From Desulfovibrionales bacterium (GTDB lineage Bacteria; Desulfobacterota; QYQD01), in contig JAQURM010000006.1 of the NCBI GenBank assembly GCA_028715605.1, forward strand, positions 59,589-123,588: DNA of 64,000 nucleotides, given 5' to 3'. Below, piece by piece: positions 39,282-49,341 of this stretch. Each line of letters opens with the position of its first letter. Within the stretch, counting starts at the first letter, position 1. Both the position numbers and the translations under genes were made by a program. Below the pieces are notes generated by a model. That model was not told the DNA's origin and did no database searches. It saw nothing but the letters and a program-made list of their open reading frames with translations.

Positions 39282-41042
39282 TCAGCTCTCTGTATCCTTT
39301 GTGCTCTCTGCGGTGAGATCCGACTCATCCCGGAATTGCATATCGTGCAATTTACGATATTCACCGCCCAAAGCCAAAAGCTCATCATGTTTTCCTTCTT
39401 CCACGATGGCTCCATCCTTGATGACGATAATCCGGTCAGCATTTCGAATAGTGGAAAGCCGATGGGCAATGACCAAGGTGGTCCTTCCCTGCATCAAATT
39501 ATCCAGGGCCTTCTGCACCTCAAGTTCAGACTCAGTGTCCAAAGAAGATGTGGCTTCATCCAGAATTAAAATAGGCGCATTTTTAAGAAGCGCCCTGGCG
39601 ATGGAAATCCGCTGCCTTTCGCCACCTGAGAGCCTGACCCCCTGTTCACCGATTGCGGTATCCCATCTCTGAGGTAACCTCTCAATAAAATCGGAGGCAT
39701 AGGCGGCACGAGCGGCCTCTATTATTTCCCCTTCAGACTTCCTGACGTCGCCATAGGCTATGTTGTTACGTACTGTGTCATTGAAGAGGATCGTCTGCTG
39801 GCTCACTATGCCTATTTGGGAACGGAGGGAAGAGATGGTAACGTCTCTGATGTCTGTGCCGTCAATATAAATTGCGCCATCGGTTACGTCATAGAAGCGG
39901 GGAATAAGGTTGACCAGCGTGGTCTTGCCTCCGCCGCTAATCCCGACAATGGCCAGGATTTCACCGGCCTTCACCTTAAGATTTATATCCCTGAGCACAA
40001 CCGCCTCGTCATATCTAAAGGATACATTTTTAAACTCAATATGCTGCCGGATAGGCGGTAGCGCTACAACACCCTCTTTGTCTCTTATCTCAGGGGGGGT
40101 ATCTAAAAGGTCAAAGACCCGGATAGCGCCAGCCACCCCTTGCTGTATCGCACTGTTCGCGCCGCTGAGGTTTTTCACCGGTTCATACAGCATTATCAGG
40201 GCTGTTAGAAAGGAAAAAAATGTACCCGGCGTTGAGTCGCCTTTTATGACCTGTAAGCCTCCGTACCACACTATAAAGGCAATTCCAATACCACCCAATA
40301 ATTCCATAAGGGGATGGGCGACAGCCTTTACCTTAACGTCGCTCATGATAATGTCGTAAAGTCTTTTAATCTGCTTTCTGAATCTCTTGATTTCATACTC
40401 TTCCATAGTAAAGGCTTTTACGATACGACTGCCGGTAATACCCTCGTGCAGCAATACAGTTACATCTCCCACAATCTGCTGGCTTTTGGTGCTGATGTTA
40501 CGCAATTTTCTGCCGAATTTAACGATAGGAATTACCGCGACAGGAAATATCGTCATGGCTATAAGCGCCAATCTCCAGTCTTGATAGAAGATGACAAAGG
40601 TCAGACCTATTACAGTAAAAGTATCTTTTAAGATGCCGACAACGACATTTGAAACCGCACCCTGAATCATACCTACGTCGTTTAGAACTCGTGAGATAAG
40701 GACGCCGGTCGGCGTACGATGGAAATAGGATAGGGATAGGCAATTTAAGTGCCTGTATACCGCTTCCCTGAGATCCGCCACAATCTTTTGTCCCACGGAG
40801 TTTATAAGGTAAAAATAACCATAGTAAAAAATACCTTTGCTCAAGAAAAGAAAAACTATGGCCAGCGGAATCAAATGGATCATGGTCATGTCTTTCTTAA
40901 AGAAGACCTCATCCAGCATGGGCTTTACTACATAAGCCGTGGCTGAAGTAAGAAGGGCCACTCCCACCATGCAGGTCATGGCTACGGCCATTCTCTTCCA
41001 GTAAGGAACGATCAAATTAAATAGACGTTTATAAATTGACAT
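39282..41042 (-). CDS. msbA: Lipid A export ABC transporter MsbA (permease/ATPase)
   Basis: Six TM segments followed by an ABC domain (LSGGERQRISIARALL, Walker A/B). Confidence 0.85.
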   Translation of the reverse strand: MSIYKRLFNLIVPYWKRMAVAMTCMVGVALLTSATAYVVKPMLDEVFFKKDMTMIHLIPLAIVFLFLSKGIFYYGYFYLINSVGQKIVADLREAVYRHLNCLSLSYFHRTPTGVLISRVLNDVGMIQGAVSNVVVGILKDTFTVIGLTFVIFYQDWRLALIAMTIFPVAVIPIVKFGRKLRNISTKSQQIVGDVTVLLHEGITGSRIVKAFTMEEYEIKRFRKQIKRLYDIIMSDVKVKAVAHPLMELLGGIGIAFIVWYGGLQVIKGDSTPGTFFSFLTALIMLYEPVKNLSGANSAIQQGVAGAIRVFDLLDTPPEIRDKEGVVALPPIRQHIEFKNVSFRYDEAVVLRDINLKVKAGEILAIVGISGGGKTTLVNLIPRFYDVTDGAIYIDGTDIRDVTISSLRSQIGIVSQQTILFNDTVRNNIAYGDVRKSEGEIIEAARAAYASDFIERLPQRWDTAIGEQGVRLSGGERQRISIARALLKNAPILILDEATSSLDTESELEVQKALDNLMQGRTTLVIAHRLSTIRNADRIIVIKDGAIVEEGKHDELLALGGEYRKLHDMQFRDESDLTAESTKDTES

Positions 41043-41096
41043 AGAGACCCGAGTAACGGCTTAACCTGTTTAAACGGTTCAAGCCGTTTGAACTGC

Positions 41097-42263
41097 TTAA
41101 ACTGTTTGAACTTCCGACTCCCTCACCATCTGACATATAATTTCCGCCGCGCGGGTAGATGCACCCGGCTCGCCCAGCCTGTTTTTTACTCCTTCAAGTT
41201 CATTTTTCATAGTCCGGCGATACTTATCATGCACTATAATTTTATAGACCTCTTCCGCTATCCTCTGGCCGTTAACCTCTTCCTGGACCAATTCAGGGAC
41301 GATCCTTCGACCGGCCACCAGGTTGACCAGGCCAATATGAGATACCCTTACCATTATTTTTCCCACAAGATAACTCAATCTTGAAACCTTATAGACGATT
41401 ATCATAGGCACACCTATAATAGCCGCCTCCAGGGTTACCGTACCCGAAGCGGCGATAACGGCACGGGCCGCCTTCATAGTATCATAGATCCCGTCTTCAA
41501 TAACCCTAATTTTAAGCCCGGTCGAATGGATAAAATCTTCAACGCATCTTCTATCGATAGTTGGAGCCAAGGGCAGGACAAACTGAATGCCCGGGATCTT
41601 TTCTTCTAATCTTCCGGCTGCATCTATAATAGAAGGCATAAGCCTGTTTACCTCCTGCAACCGGCTGCCGGGAAAGAGACCAACAACAGGCCGGCTGCGG
41701 TCAATCTCAAAATGTTTATAAAAATATTCCTCTTCAAAAGCCGGTTTAACCACGTCCAGAAGTGGATGCCCAACAAAGTCCACCTCCATCTGATGCCTGC
41801 GGTAAAACTCTACCTCAAAAGGGAGGATGACCACCATTCTATTTACAAGGCGCCTTATCTTTCCGACCCGCCCGCTGCGCCAGGCCCATACCTGCGGGCT
41901 TATATAGTACATAACCGGAATTCCCAGACCCTTGGCCTTGGCCGCTAAGAGGAGGTTAAAATCCGGATAGTCAATCAGTATAACCAGATCCGGCCGCTTA
42001 TCACGCATGGCCTTTCGTAAAATACGCTGGGCCTGAACAATCTGCCATAGATGTGTGAATACTTCAGAGATGCCTACTACGGCCAACCGGGTAGAATCGA
42101 GGAGTGTTTTAACCCCGGCCTCGCGCATCTTTTCCCCGCCCAGCCCCCAAAAATCTATTTCGGGATTAATATCATGCACGGCCCGGACCAGACTGGACCC
42201 GTGCATATCACCGGAGGCCTCGCCGGCTACTATGAGGATGTTGTTAGCTGACCCGGCAGGCAT
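41097..42263 (-). CDS. lpxB: Lipid-A-disaccharide synthase LpxB
   Basis: ILIVAGEASGDMHG matches the LpxB N-terminus. Confidence 0.85.
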   Translation of the reverse strand: MPAGSANNILIVAGEASGDMHGSSLVRAVHDINPEIDFWGLGGEKMREAGVKTLLDSTRLAVVGISEVFTHLWQIVQAQRILRKAMRDKRPDLVILIDYPDFNLLLAAKAKGLGIPVMYYISPQVWAWRSGRVGKIRRLVNRMVVILPFEVEFYRRHQMEVDFVGHPLLDVVKPAFEEEYFYKHFEIDRSRPVVGLFPGSRLQEVNRLMPSIIDAAGRLEEKIPGIQFVLPLAPTIDRRCVEDFIHSTGLKIRVIEDGIYDTMKAARAVIAASGTVTLEAAIIGVPMIIVYKVSRLSYLVGKIMVRVSHIGLVNLVAGRRIVPELVQEEVNGQRIAEEVYKIIVHDKYRRTMKNELEGVKNRLGEPGASTRAAEIICQMVRESEVQTV

Positions 42264-43278
42264 GTTCCGGCAAGGACATATTTAGTGAGCGACCAAGGTT
42301 CTCTATAGTCCGATTTATTTGTTTCATAATCTTTAAGGCCACATGGAGGGCCCTTTGGCCATCCTCGCCTGAAACAACCGGCGGCTTCCTGGTTCGGACA
42401 GAAGAGACAAAGGCCCTGAGTTCTTCTGCCAGAGAGTCACTCTCAGGGAAAGAAGCGACCTGTTCCTCAATGCCCGGGAAACCATACATACCGTTTTGAG
42501 CAGTTTTCTTAATAACTACGATTTCCCTGCGTGCATAATCGACGGACAGGTAGGCGTTGGGCTGGAATATTCTTATCTTCCGCATATTTTTATTAGAGAT
42601 GCGGCTTACTGTGACATTAGCCGTGCAGCCGTTTTCAAATTCCAGACGCACATTGGCTATATCTGTATTAGGCGTGATAACCGGTACTCCGACCGCATGG
42701 ATATCCTTAAGCTTTGATTTGACGATATTCAGGATAATATCAATATCATGTATCATGAGGTCCAGGACCACGTCCACATCGATTCCCCGGCCCTTAAAAG
42801 TTGAAAGCCGGTGAGACTCGATAAAAAGCGGATTCTCAAGGTGGTCCCTTAAGGCCACTACCGCCGGATTAAAGCGTTCCAGATGGCCGACCTGCAAGAT
42901 AAGATTTTTTGCCTTCGCCAGTTTAATCAACCGGCCTGCTTCGGACAGGGTACAGGTCATGGGCTTTTCAAGTAAAACGTCTATCCCCTGTCTGAGAAAA
43001 TGGCCGGCGACCGGGTAGTGCAGAGTGGTGGGGACGACCACACTTACCGCTTCAACCTTTCCGATGAGATCCTTATAGTTAGTATAGGGTTTAGCCCCAT
43101 ATTTTTCTGCAATTTCATGGGCCCGTTTTTTGTCGATATCCACTACCCCAATCAGATCGGCCTCTGCCATAGATGCATATTTTTCGGCATGGTACTGGCC
43201 TAAATAGCCTACACCTACAACCCCGACTTTAACTTTCTGCATAAACTCTCCAAAAATGAATTTCACCGCAACGGGCAA
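42244..43278 (-). CDS. Gfo/Idh/MocA family NAD(P)-dependent oxidoreductase
   Basis: N-terminal Rossmann motif GVVGVGYLGQYH. It sits between lpxI and lpxB. Confidence 0.75.
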   Translation of the reverse strand: MPVAVKFIFGEFMQKVKVGVVGVGYLGQYHAEKYASMAEADLIGVVDIDKKRAHEIAEKYGAKPYTNYKDLIGKVEAVSVVVPTTLHYPVAGHFLRQGIDVLLEKPMTCTLSEAGRLIKLAKAKNLILQVGHLERFNPAVVALRDHLENPLFIESHRLSTFKGRGIDVDVVLDLMIHDIDIILNIVKSKLKDIHAVGVPVITPNTDIANVRLEFENGCTANVTVSRISNKNMRKIRIFQPNAYLSVDYARREIVVIKKTAQNGMYGFPGIEEQVASFPESDSLAEELRAFVSSVRTRKPPVVSGEDGQRALHVALKIMKQINRTIENLGRSLNMSLPEHACRVS

Positions 43279-43334
43279 AGGGCAAAGAGAAAAACCGTAT
43301 CTTTCCTTAGCGTTCTTTGCGTCTCTGCGGTGAA
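43262..43334. repeat. Family A short variant
   Basis: ttcaccgcaacgggcaaagggcaaagag ... ctttgcgtctctgcggtgaa. Confidence 0.6.
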
Positions 43335-43349
43335 TAATTTACGATAAGT

Positions 43350-44153
43350 TTACAGGGCAATAACGGCGATTTTACTGCGGTCGGCCTCCCGCAGCATCTC
43401 CTCTTTTTCAAAAATCAATACCTTGTCCGATTCGACGGCCAGACAGGAGGCCCGTACCTCCTGCATAGTGCGGATGGTCTGAAGACCAACCGCCGGTAAA
43501 TCAAAACGAAGATCCTGTTTCGGTTTAAGAACTTTTACCACGACCGCCCCTTTATTAGCCAGTTGCCCGCCCCGCCGGATAGTTTCATCCGTCCCTTCGA
43601 TGGCTTCCACTGCCAGAACGACCAGATCTTTAACCACAATGCATTGCCCGATATCAAGTCCACCGATCTCCTTGGCCACTTTCCATCCGAATTCTACGTC
43701 GTTCATCTCCTCTTCCGTGGGCTTACGCCGGGTCAAAACACCCTTCGGCGACAGAAGAGACCGGAGAAACAGGGTTGATTCGCGGACTGTTATGCCCTCT
43801 TCCTCCAGGACACCGGCCAATGCCCGCAAGATGCCGTCATCCAGCCGGTTCTTTAACCTCGACCATACAGAAATGGCCTTCATATCCGGCCAAACCTTTC
43901 TATAGATATTCTTTTTATCTATACCCCCGGCCATGACCACATCGCGCACCCCTTCTTGCTTGAAGATATCGATTATCTTCCCCAACTGGCCCAACTTTAA
44001 CCAGAAAATCTTATCTACAGTCTCAGCCAGTTCCGGCCTGGTCTCTCCTTTGTGCGCAATAGCTATGACCTCAAAACCTTCCCGGCGCGCCGCCTCGGAA
44101 AAAATGAGCGGGAACCTGCCACTGCCCGAGATGATCCCGATTTTCCTGGTCAT
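43350..44153 (-). CDS. lpxI: LpxI-family (DUF1009) UDP-2,3-diacylglucosamine hydrolase (putative)
   Basis: KIGIISGSGRFPL N-terminus. It is sandwiched between lpxA and lpxB. Confidence 0.55.
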   Translation of the reverse strand: MTRKIGIISGSGRFPLIFSEAARREGFEVIAIAHKGETRPELAETVDKIFWLKLGQLGKIIDIFKQEGVRDVVMAGGIDKKNIYRKVWPDMKAISVWSRLKNRLDDGILRALAGVLEEEGITVRESTLFLRSLLSPKGVLTRRKPTEEEMNDVEFGWKVAKEIGGLDIGQCIVVKDLVVLAVEAIEGTDETIRRGGQLANKGAVVVKVLKPKQDLRFDLPAVGLQTIRTMQEVRASCLAVESDKVLIFEKEEMLREADRSKIAVIAL

Positions 44154-44926
44154 TTTCTTGGAATGCCCCTCTTAGAGTTCTTAATAAAATCGATAAAGTA
44201 TTGAACCTCTGGCACCTGCAAAACCTCTCTTTCTGCGGTTTCAACGGCCTCTTTGAGAGTGAGCGGCGAACGGACTATTAATTTATAAGCCGACCTCAGG
44301 GCATCTATGGCCTCGGGCGAAAAATTATGCCTCTTTAAGCCGATAATATTTATACCAAAGAGCTTGGCCCTCTCCCCTGAAGCTATAACGTAAGGCGGGA
44401 TGTCTTTAATGATACCGGATAAACCACCCACAAAGGCATAACCTCCGATACGGGAAAATTGGTGGACAGCCACCAGGCCGCCCAGGACGGCATGATCCTG
44501 GATTTCCACGTGCCCTCCCAAGGTGGCGCAGTTGGCGAAGATAACATGGTTTCCGATCTTACAGTCATGAGCTATATGTGTATAAGCCATCAAAAAGTTA
44601 TAGTCGCCGATCCGGGTGACTCTTCCACCGTTTTCTGTCCCCCTGTGAATGGTGACATACTCCCGTATAATATTGCCGTTGCCGATCTCAACCGCGGTAG
44701 GGTTCCCTTTATATTTCATATCCTGGGGAGCCGCACCGATAGTCGCAAATTGCGCTATCTTGCAGTCTTCACCGATAGTGGTGCAGCCCTCTATGGTAGT
44801 ATGGGGACCAACTGTAGTCCGGGCCCCGATCTTTACATCATTGCCAATTATGACATAAGGACCGATTTCGACACCCTCTGCCAAAACAGCGTTTGTATCG
44901 ACAATAGCTGTAGGGTGAATCTTCAT
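44150..44926 (-). CDS. lpxA: UDP-N-acetylglucosamine O-acyltransferase LpxA
   Basis: Left-handed beta-helix hexapeptide repeats. The N-terminus is MKIHPTAIVD. Confidence 0.9.
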   Translation of the reverse strand: MKIHPTAIVDTNAVLAEGVEIGPYVIIGNDVKIGARTTVGPHTTIEGCTTIGEDCKIAQFATIGAAPQDMKYKGNPTAVEIGNGNIIREYVTIHRGTENGGRVTRIGDYNFLMAYTHIAHDCKIGNHVIFANCATLGGHVEIQDHAVLGGLVAVHQFSRIGGYAFVGGLSGIIKDIPPYVIASGERAKLFGINIIGLKRHNFSPEAIDALRSAYKLIVRSPLTLKEAVETAEREVLQVPEVQYFIDFIKNSKRGIPRK

Positions 44927-44944
44927 GTGATCTCCTTTTTTCTA

Positions 44945-45055
44945 TGCAGAATACAGATGTCAGAATCCAGAAGCCGGAATTAGAGGTAGTATTACGTTCG
45001 AATGTTATTCTGACTCCTGACTTCTGTCTCCTATCTCCTATCTCCTGTATTCCCA
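44945..45055. repeat. Repeat family C
   Basis: Inverted relative to 60655-60715 (cgttcgaatgtt.ttctgac.tctg...). Confidence 0.5.
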
Positions 45056-45058
45056 AGA

Positions 45059-45520
45059 TTAAGCACCGGTATCATCCGACATAGCAGCCATCAGTTCGGC
45101 TTCAGCCACCAGCTTGCCGTCGACCGTGGCCCGGCCGGCCATCATGTACATCTTCATTTTTCGTTTCAGCATGGTTAAATCAAAGACAATCTGATCTCCG
45201 GGGACTACCGTCTTCCGGAAACGAACCTTATCCAGGCCGATAAAATAAAACAGCCTGTTTTTCATTTCCTCCTCGTTGGAAAGATAGGCCAGTATCCCCC
45301 CTACCTGGGCCATAGCCTCTAAAATCAGCACCCCTGGCATGATCGGCTGACCCGGAAAGTGGCCCTGAAAAAATGGTTCGTTAATAGTGACATTCTTAAG
45401 GCCTTTTATCGATTCTCCCGACTTGCACTCCAGGATTTTATCTACCAATAAAAATGGGTACCGATGCGGTAATATCTTCAATATCTCTCTGATGTTTATC
45501 TTGTTTGTTTCCATGTTCAT
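45059..45520 (-). CDS. fabZ: 3-hydroxyacyl-ACP dehydratase FabZ
   Basis: HRYPFLLVD and GHFPGQPIMPGVL hot-dog motifs. Confidence 0.9.
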   Translation of the reverse strand: MNMETNKINIREILKILPHRYPFLLVDKILECKSGESIKGLKNVTINEPFFQGHFPGQPIMPGVLILEAMAQVGGILAYLSNEEEMKNRLFYFIGLDKVRFRKTVVPGDQIVFDLTMLKRKMKMYMMAGRATVDGKLVAEAELMAAMSDDTGA

Positions 45521-46554
45521 TTCTCATGTCCCCCTGCATTCTTTTCCAGGTTGGCGATTCTCTTCTTAAGATCACGGACTTCTTTAAGAAGATCAGGTAA
45601 ACGTCGATAGACAGCGCTGGCTTTTAACCACTCCTGGTGTGAAATGGCCGGGATGCCGGAGACTGTCGAATCTTCCGGCAGGGAACCCGGCACGCCTGAT
45701 TTTGCCCCGACCATAACCCGGTCGCCGATTTTAATGTGTCCGGCCACCCCTACCTGTCCGGCCAGAATGACGTTGTTGCCGATCTCCACGCTGCCGGAAA
45801 TACCCACTTGAGAAATGAGAAGCGTGTCTTCTCCGACTATCACATTGTGAGCCACCTGGACCAGATTATCAATCTTTGTGCCACGCTTAATCCACGTCTT
45901 TCCCATGGCGGCCCGGTCAATAGTGGTATTGGCGCCAATCTCTACTTCGTCATCAATCTGCACAATGCCAAGTTGCGGGATCTTAACATGTTTAGCCTCA
46001 TCCCTGGCATAACCAAAGCCATCGCTGCCGATTACCACCCCACTGTGTATTATGACCCGCGCGCCGATAATACACCTATCCATTATGGTTACATTCGGAT
46101 AGATAGTACTCCCCTCGCCGATAGAAACCTCGTTTCCGATATACACTCCGGGATAAATGGTAACTCCCGACTCAACTCGCACATTGTCTCCAATATAGAC
46201 AAAGGGATATATGCTGACGTTGGGATTAATCCGGCAGTCTTTGCCCATCCAGGCCTCTTTACTTATGCCCCTTGCCTCAAATGGCCTGGTGCTGAAAAGG
46301 GCGGCTGCCCGGGCATAGGCCAGATAAGGGTTCTCTGTCCTTATAATGGGTACACGAGCCCCGGTCACCTCCATAGGCACAATGAGGGCCGATGCCCGGG
46401 TGGTTTCCATCTTCGTCAGGTATTTTCTGTGGGCGACAAAACTGATCTGGCCGTCCATTGCCTCATCAAGGCTGGCTATACCGGTGATGATGAGATCGCC
46501 ATCTCCTACCAGTGACCCATGGCAATATTCGGCTATTTCTTTTAGTGTTTTCAT
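45517..46554 (-). CDS. lpxD: UDP-3-O-acylglucosamine N-acyltransferase LpxD
   Basis: LpxD N-terminal domain followed by hexapeptide repeats. Confidence 0.9.
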   Translation of the reverse strand: MKTLKEIAEYCHGSLVGDGDLIITGIASLDEAMDGQISFVAHRKYLTKMETTRASALIVPMEVTGARVPIIRTENPYLAYARAAALFSTRPFEARGISKEAWMGKDCRINPNVSIYPFVYIGDNVRVESGVTIYPGVYIGNEVSIGEGSTIYPNVTIMDRCIIGARVIIHSGVVIGSDGFGYARDEAKHVKIPQLGIVQIDDEVEIGANTTIDRAAMGKTWIKRGTKIDNLVQVAHNVIVGEDTLLISQVGISGSVEIGNNVILAGQVGVAGHIKIGDRVMVGAKSGVPGSLPEDSTVSGIPAISHQEWLKASAVYRRLPDLLKEVRDLKKRIANLEKNAGGHEK

Positions 46555-46559
46555 TACGT

Positions 46560-46650
46560 AAGGGCTTTCAGCGATCAGCCCTCAGCTTCCCTTCATATCC
46601 CACAGGTGCACCCATCATAGCTGATAACTGAATGCTGATCGCTGAAAGTT
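46560..46650. repeat. AGCTGA-hexamer repeat block
   Basis: Sequence ttcagcgatcagccctcagc...agctgataactgaatgctgatcgctgaaag. Related blocks lie at 12690-12740, 16258-16292, 17985-18015, 18905-18995 and 39258-39290. Confidence 0.7.
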
Positions 46651-46653
46651 TAT

Positions 46654-49341
46654 TTAAAAGGCCCCTCCAATTGTAAAATCCCAGCTACTCGATTTTTCAC
46701 CCGGCTCAGGGTCTATGTTATAACCCCACTCCAGGCGCAGCGGCCCAATGGGTGAAAACCAGCGAAAACCGAAACCAACGCTGGTTCGGAGGTCGGTCAG
46801 GTTGTAACTGTCCTCTTCCCGAAAGGCGTTACCGGCATCAAAAAAGACCACACCCTTTAGCCCGGCCTTCTTTATCAGGGGGAATATATACTCAACGTTG
46901 AAGAGCAGCATCTTTTCACCGCCGATACGCTCACCGGTAGCCGGGTCGATAGGGCTGACATCCCCGAACTTAAACCCGCGCACTGAATTTAGACCGCCCA
47001 GATAAAACTTTTCATATACAGGCAGCTTACCGTCCGGATTCTCCTTCACATAACCTATAGCCCCGTTAATGTGCCCCACTGTATCCCAGAAAAGCGGATA
47101 GTACCAGCCTGATTTGGCCGTGTACTTAGTATAGGCACTGTCACCCCCCAGGAATCCGCCCGCATACTCGACGGAAAAGCTGTTTATCGACCCGGCAGTG
47201 GGATCGACGTAACTGTTGCGTGTATCCCTCTCTATAGCGGCATTTAAGGCGCTGGTTACATGGATGTCCATGGACTCAACTATCACCCATGAGGCTGTGG
47301 AACTAACGTCCGACATGGTGGCATCTTCGAATCTATAACCGCCAAATACCCTCAGATTGTCGGTTAAGGGATAGCCCAGCCTTAATCCTCCGCCGGTACT
47401 CTTCTTGGTATAATCATCGTACTCCGTTTCCCAGTTGAAAAGGTCGACGCCGGTGGCCAGTTTGGTATCAAGAAAATAAGGTTCTGTAAAACTAAGGTTA
47501 TAACGGGTGGAACGGCTGCTGGTTTGGGCCCGCAGGCTCAACTCCTGGCCGCGGCCAAAAAGGTTTCGCTGTGATATCTCGGCCATACCAATAAAGTGCT
47601 CCACAGAGCTGTAACCGCCGCCTATACTGAAGGCCCCGGTAGGCTTTTCTTTAATCTCGACCTTGAGGTCCATTTTAGTTTCGTCAGCGCCTTTGACCGG
47701 GGCTATATTCACATCCTCGAAGAAGCCAAGCCTCTGCAACCTCTGATTGCTCTTACGCAGGCCTTCGGCGTTAAATTGATCTCCTTCCGCTATCCTGAGT
47801 TCACGTCTTATAACCTTATCCCGCGTCTTGGTATTTCCGGATATCTCTATACGATCGAAATGGACTTTTCCCCCGGGCTGAATAAAAAAAGTTATATTTA
47901 CCTTTTTCCCCGTATCATCCTTGGCGATCTCGGGTGCGACCTCGGCATAGGCATAACCGGCGTCCGCATAGACATCTGTTAAGACCAGGATATCCTTCCT
48001 TAAGACATCACGACTGTAGGTCTTTTCCTGGCGAATCTTCAATATCGACAGCAACTCCTCTTTTGGCTTTATGAGCTTACCTTCAATATCCACCGACCCC
48101 ACTGTAAATTGAGAACCTTCCTCTATAGGGATAGTGATAAATATGAATTTCTCCTTGTGTTCGATCTCAGGCTCTCCGATCTTGACCTCGATATACCCGT
48201 TGTTATAGTAAAATGAAGTTATCTTGGATAAATCACGCTCCAAAACATCCCGGTTTAAAATGCCGGAGGATGTGAGCCAGGATAAAAACCCCTTTTCCGT
48301 AGTTTCCAGCATATCTTTTAATTGCTTGCTGCCAAAGACCTTGTTTCCAACGAACCGGATCTCCTTTATATGCACCTTTTCGCCTTCTTTAATGGAAAAG
48401 GTCAGTATAGCCTCATTATTAGGCAGGTCTGATAACTTGTGATCCAGAAGTGTCCCGTAATAACCTTTCTCCCGATAGAGAGATCTGATCTTTTCCTCAG
48501 ACTCCTGGATATCCTTGAGCTTTAAAATTGAGTTTGTCCGGACGCTGATTACTTCTTTTATTTTCTCCGTTTCGACACCGATATTCCCTTCTACCTTGAT
48601 GTCTTTTATAACCGGCTTCTCTGTAACCAGAAAGGTCACAATTTTCCCTTCAGGAGAGTCTTTAACATCGATATTTATCTCTGTAAAATAACCCATCGCA
48701 AAAATGGAGCGCATATCTTCGCTCAACCTGTCCTTGTTAAAAATATCGCCCGGTTTGGACTTGATATGGGTACGGATGGCCTCAGATTCAATCCTTCGAT
48801 TACCGGAAAACAAGACCTCTCCTATACGTTCTTTTTTTAAGACGGCGAACTGGATGTTGCCCACTATCTTATGCAGCGCCTTATCCAATTGTTCGGCCCC
48901 GGTGGTTTCGGCATAAAGCGGCACGGGAGCTTTAGGGTCGGCGACTTCAAGTAGCCAGACATCCAGGCTCAGGCGCTGGCCGATTTTAGTAATGCTGCCC
49001 CATACGATGCAATCCGCCCCCAGCTTCACTGCCGCATCCCGCATGTATCTGGCATCAAAAAGCCTGTTTCTGTCGATCTCTCCGGCTACCCGGGCCGGAT
49101 CGATTACTCCAAAGCCCGCCGATGTCAGAGCAGACATCAGGTTCTTTTCCATCGAAGCGACCAGGGAACTGATGTCTTCTTTACTGTGCACGATAAAAGG
49201 CGCAGCCGCTATAGCCTTTTTTTCTGCGGCTATGGCCGGTTGAAAAATAGAGCTCATCATGAAAAACAGGATCAATGACCTTAAAAATATCTTCATATCA
49301 AGAAAATCTCCCGGGATCAGATTGTTCCAGGCGTCCGTCAA
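46654..49341 (-). CDS. bamA: Outer membrane protein assembly factor BamA
   Basis: Signal peptide, five POTRA repeats and a C-terminal Omp85 beta-barrel ending in F. Confidence 0.9.
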   Translation of the reverse strand: MTDAWNNLIPGDFLDMKIFLRSLILFFMMSSIFQPAIAAEKKAIAAAPFIVHSKEDISSLVASMEKNLMSALTSAGFGVIDPARVAGEIDRNRLFDARYMRDAAVKLGADCIVWGSITKIGQRLSLDVWLLEVADPKAPVPLYAETTGAEQLDKALHKIVGNIQFAVLKKERIGEVLFSGNRRIESEAIRTHIKSKPGDIFNKDRLSEDMRSIFAMGYFTEINIDVKDSPEGKIVTFLVTEKPVIKDIKVEGNIGVETEKIKEVISVRTNSILKLKDIQESEEKIRSLYREKGYYGTLLDHKLSDLPNNEAILTFSIKEGEKVHIKEIRFVGNKVFGSKQLKDMLETTEKGFLSWLTSSGILNRDVLERDLSKITSFYYNNGYIEVKIGEPEIEHKEKFIFITIPIEEGSQFTVGSVDIEGKLIKPKEELLSILKIRQEKTYSRDVLRKDILVLTDVYADAGYAYAEVAPEIAKDDTGKKVNITFFIQPGGKVHFDRIEISGNTKTRDKVIRRELRIAEGDQFNAEGLRKSNQRLQRLGFFEDVNIAPVKGADETKMDLKVEIKEKPTGAFSIGGGYSSVEHFIGMAEISQRNLFGRGQELSLRAQTSSRSTRYNLSFTEPYFLDTKLATGVDLFNWETEYDDYTKKSTGGGLRLGYPLTDNLRVFGGYRFEDATMSDVSSTASWVIVESMDIHVTSALNAAIERDTRNSYVDPTAGSINSFSVEYAGGFLGGDSAYTKYTAKSGWYYPLFWDTVGHINGAIGYVKENPDGKLPVYEKFYLGGLNSVRGFKFGDVSPIDPATGERIGGEKMLLFNVEYIFPLIKKAGLKGVVFFDAGNAFREEDSYNLTDLRTSVGFGFRWFSPIGPLRLEWGYNIDPEPGEKSSSWDFTIGGAF

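Noticed and set aside
39123-40631. Several plus-strand ORFs of 100-150 aa (39123-39569, 39301-39672, 39910-40359, 40314-40631) overlapping msbA.
   Set aside because: They are antisense or alternative-frame shadows of a confidently identified ABC transporter gene. They have low-complexity composition and no motifs.
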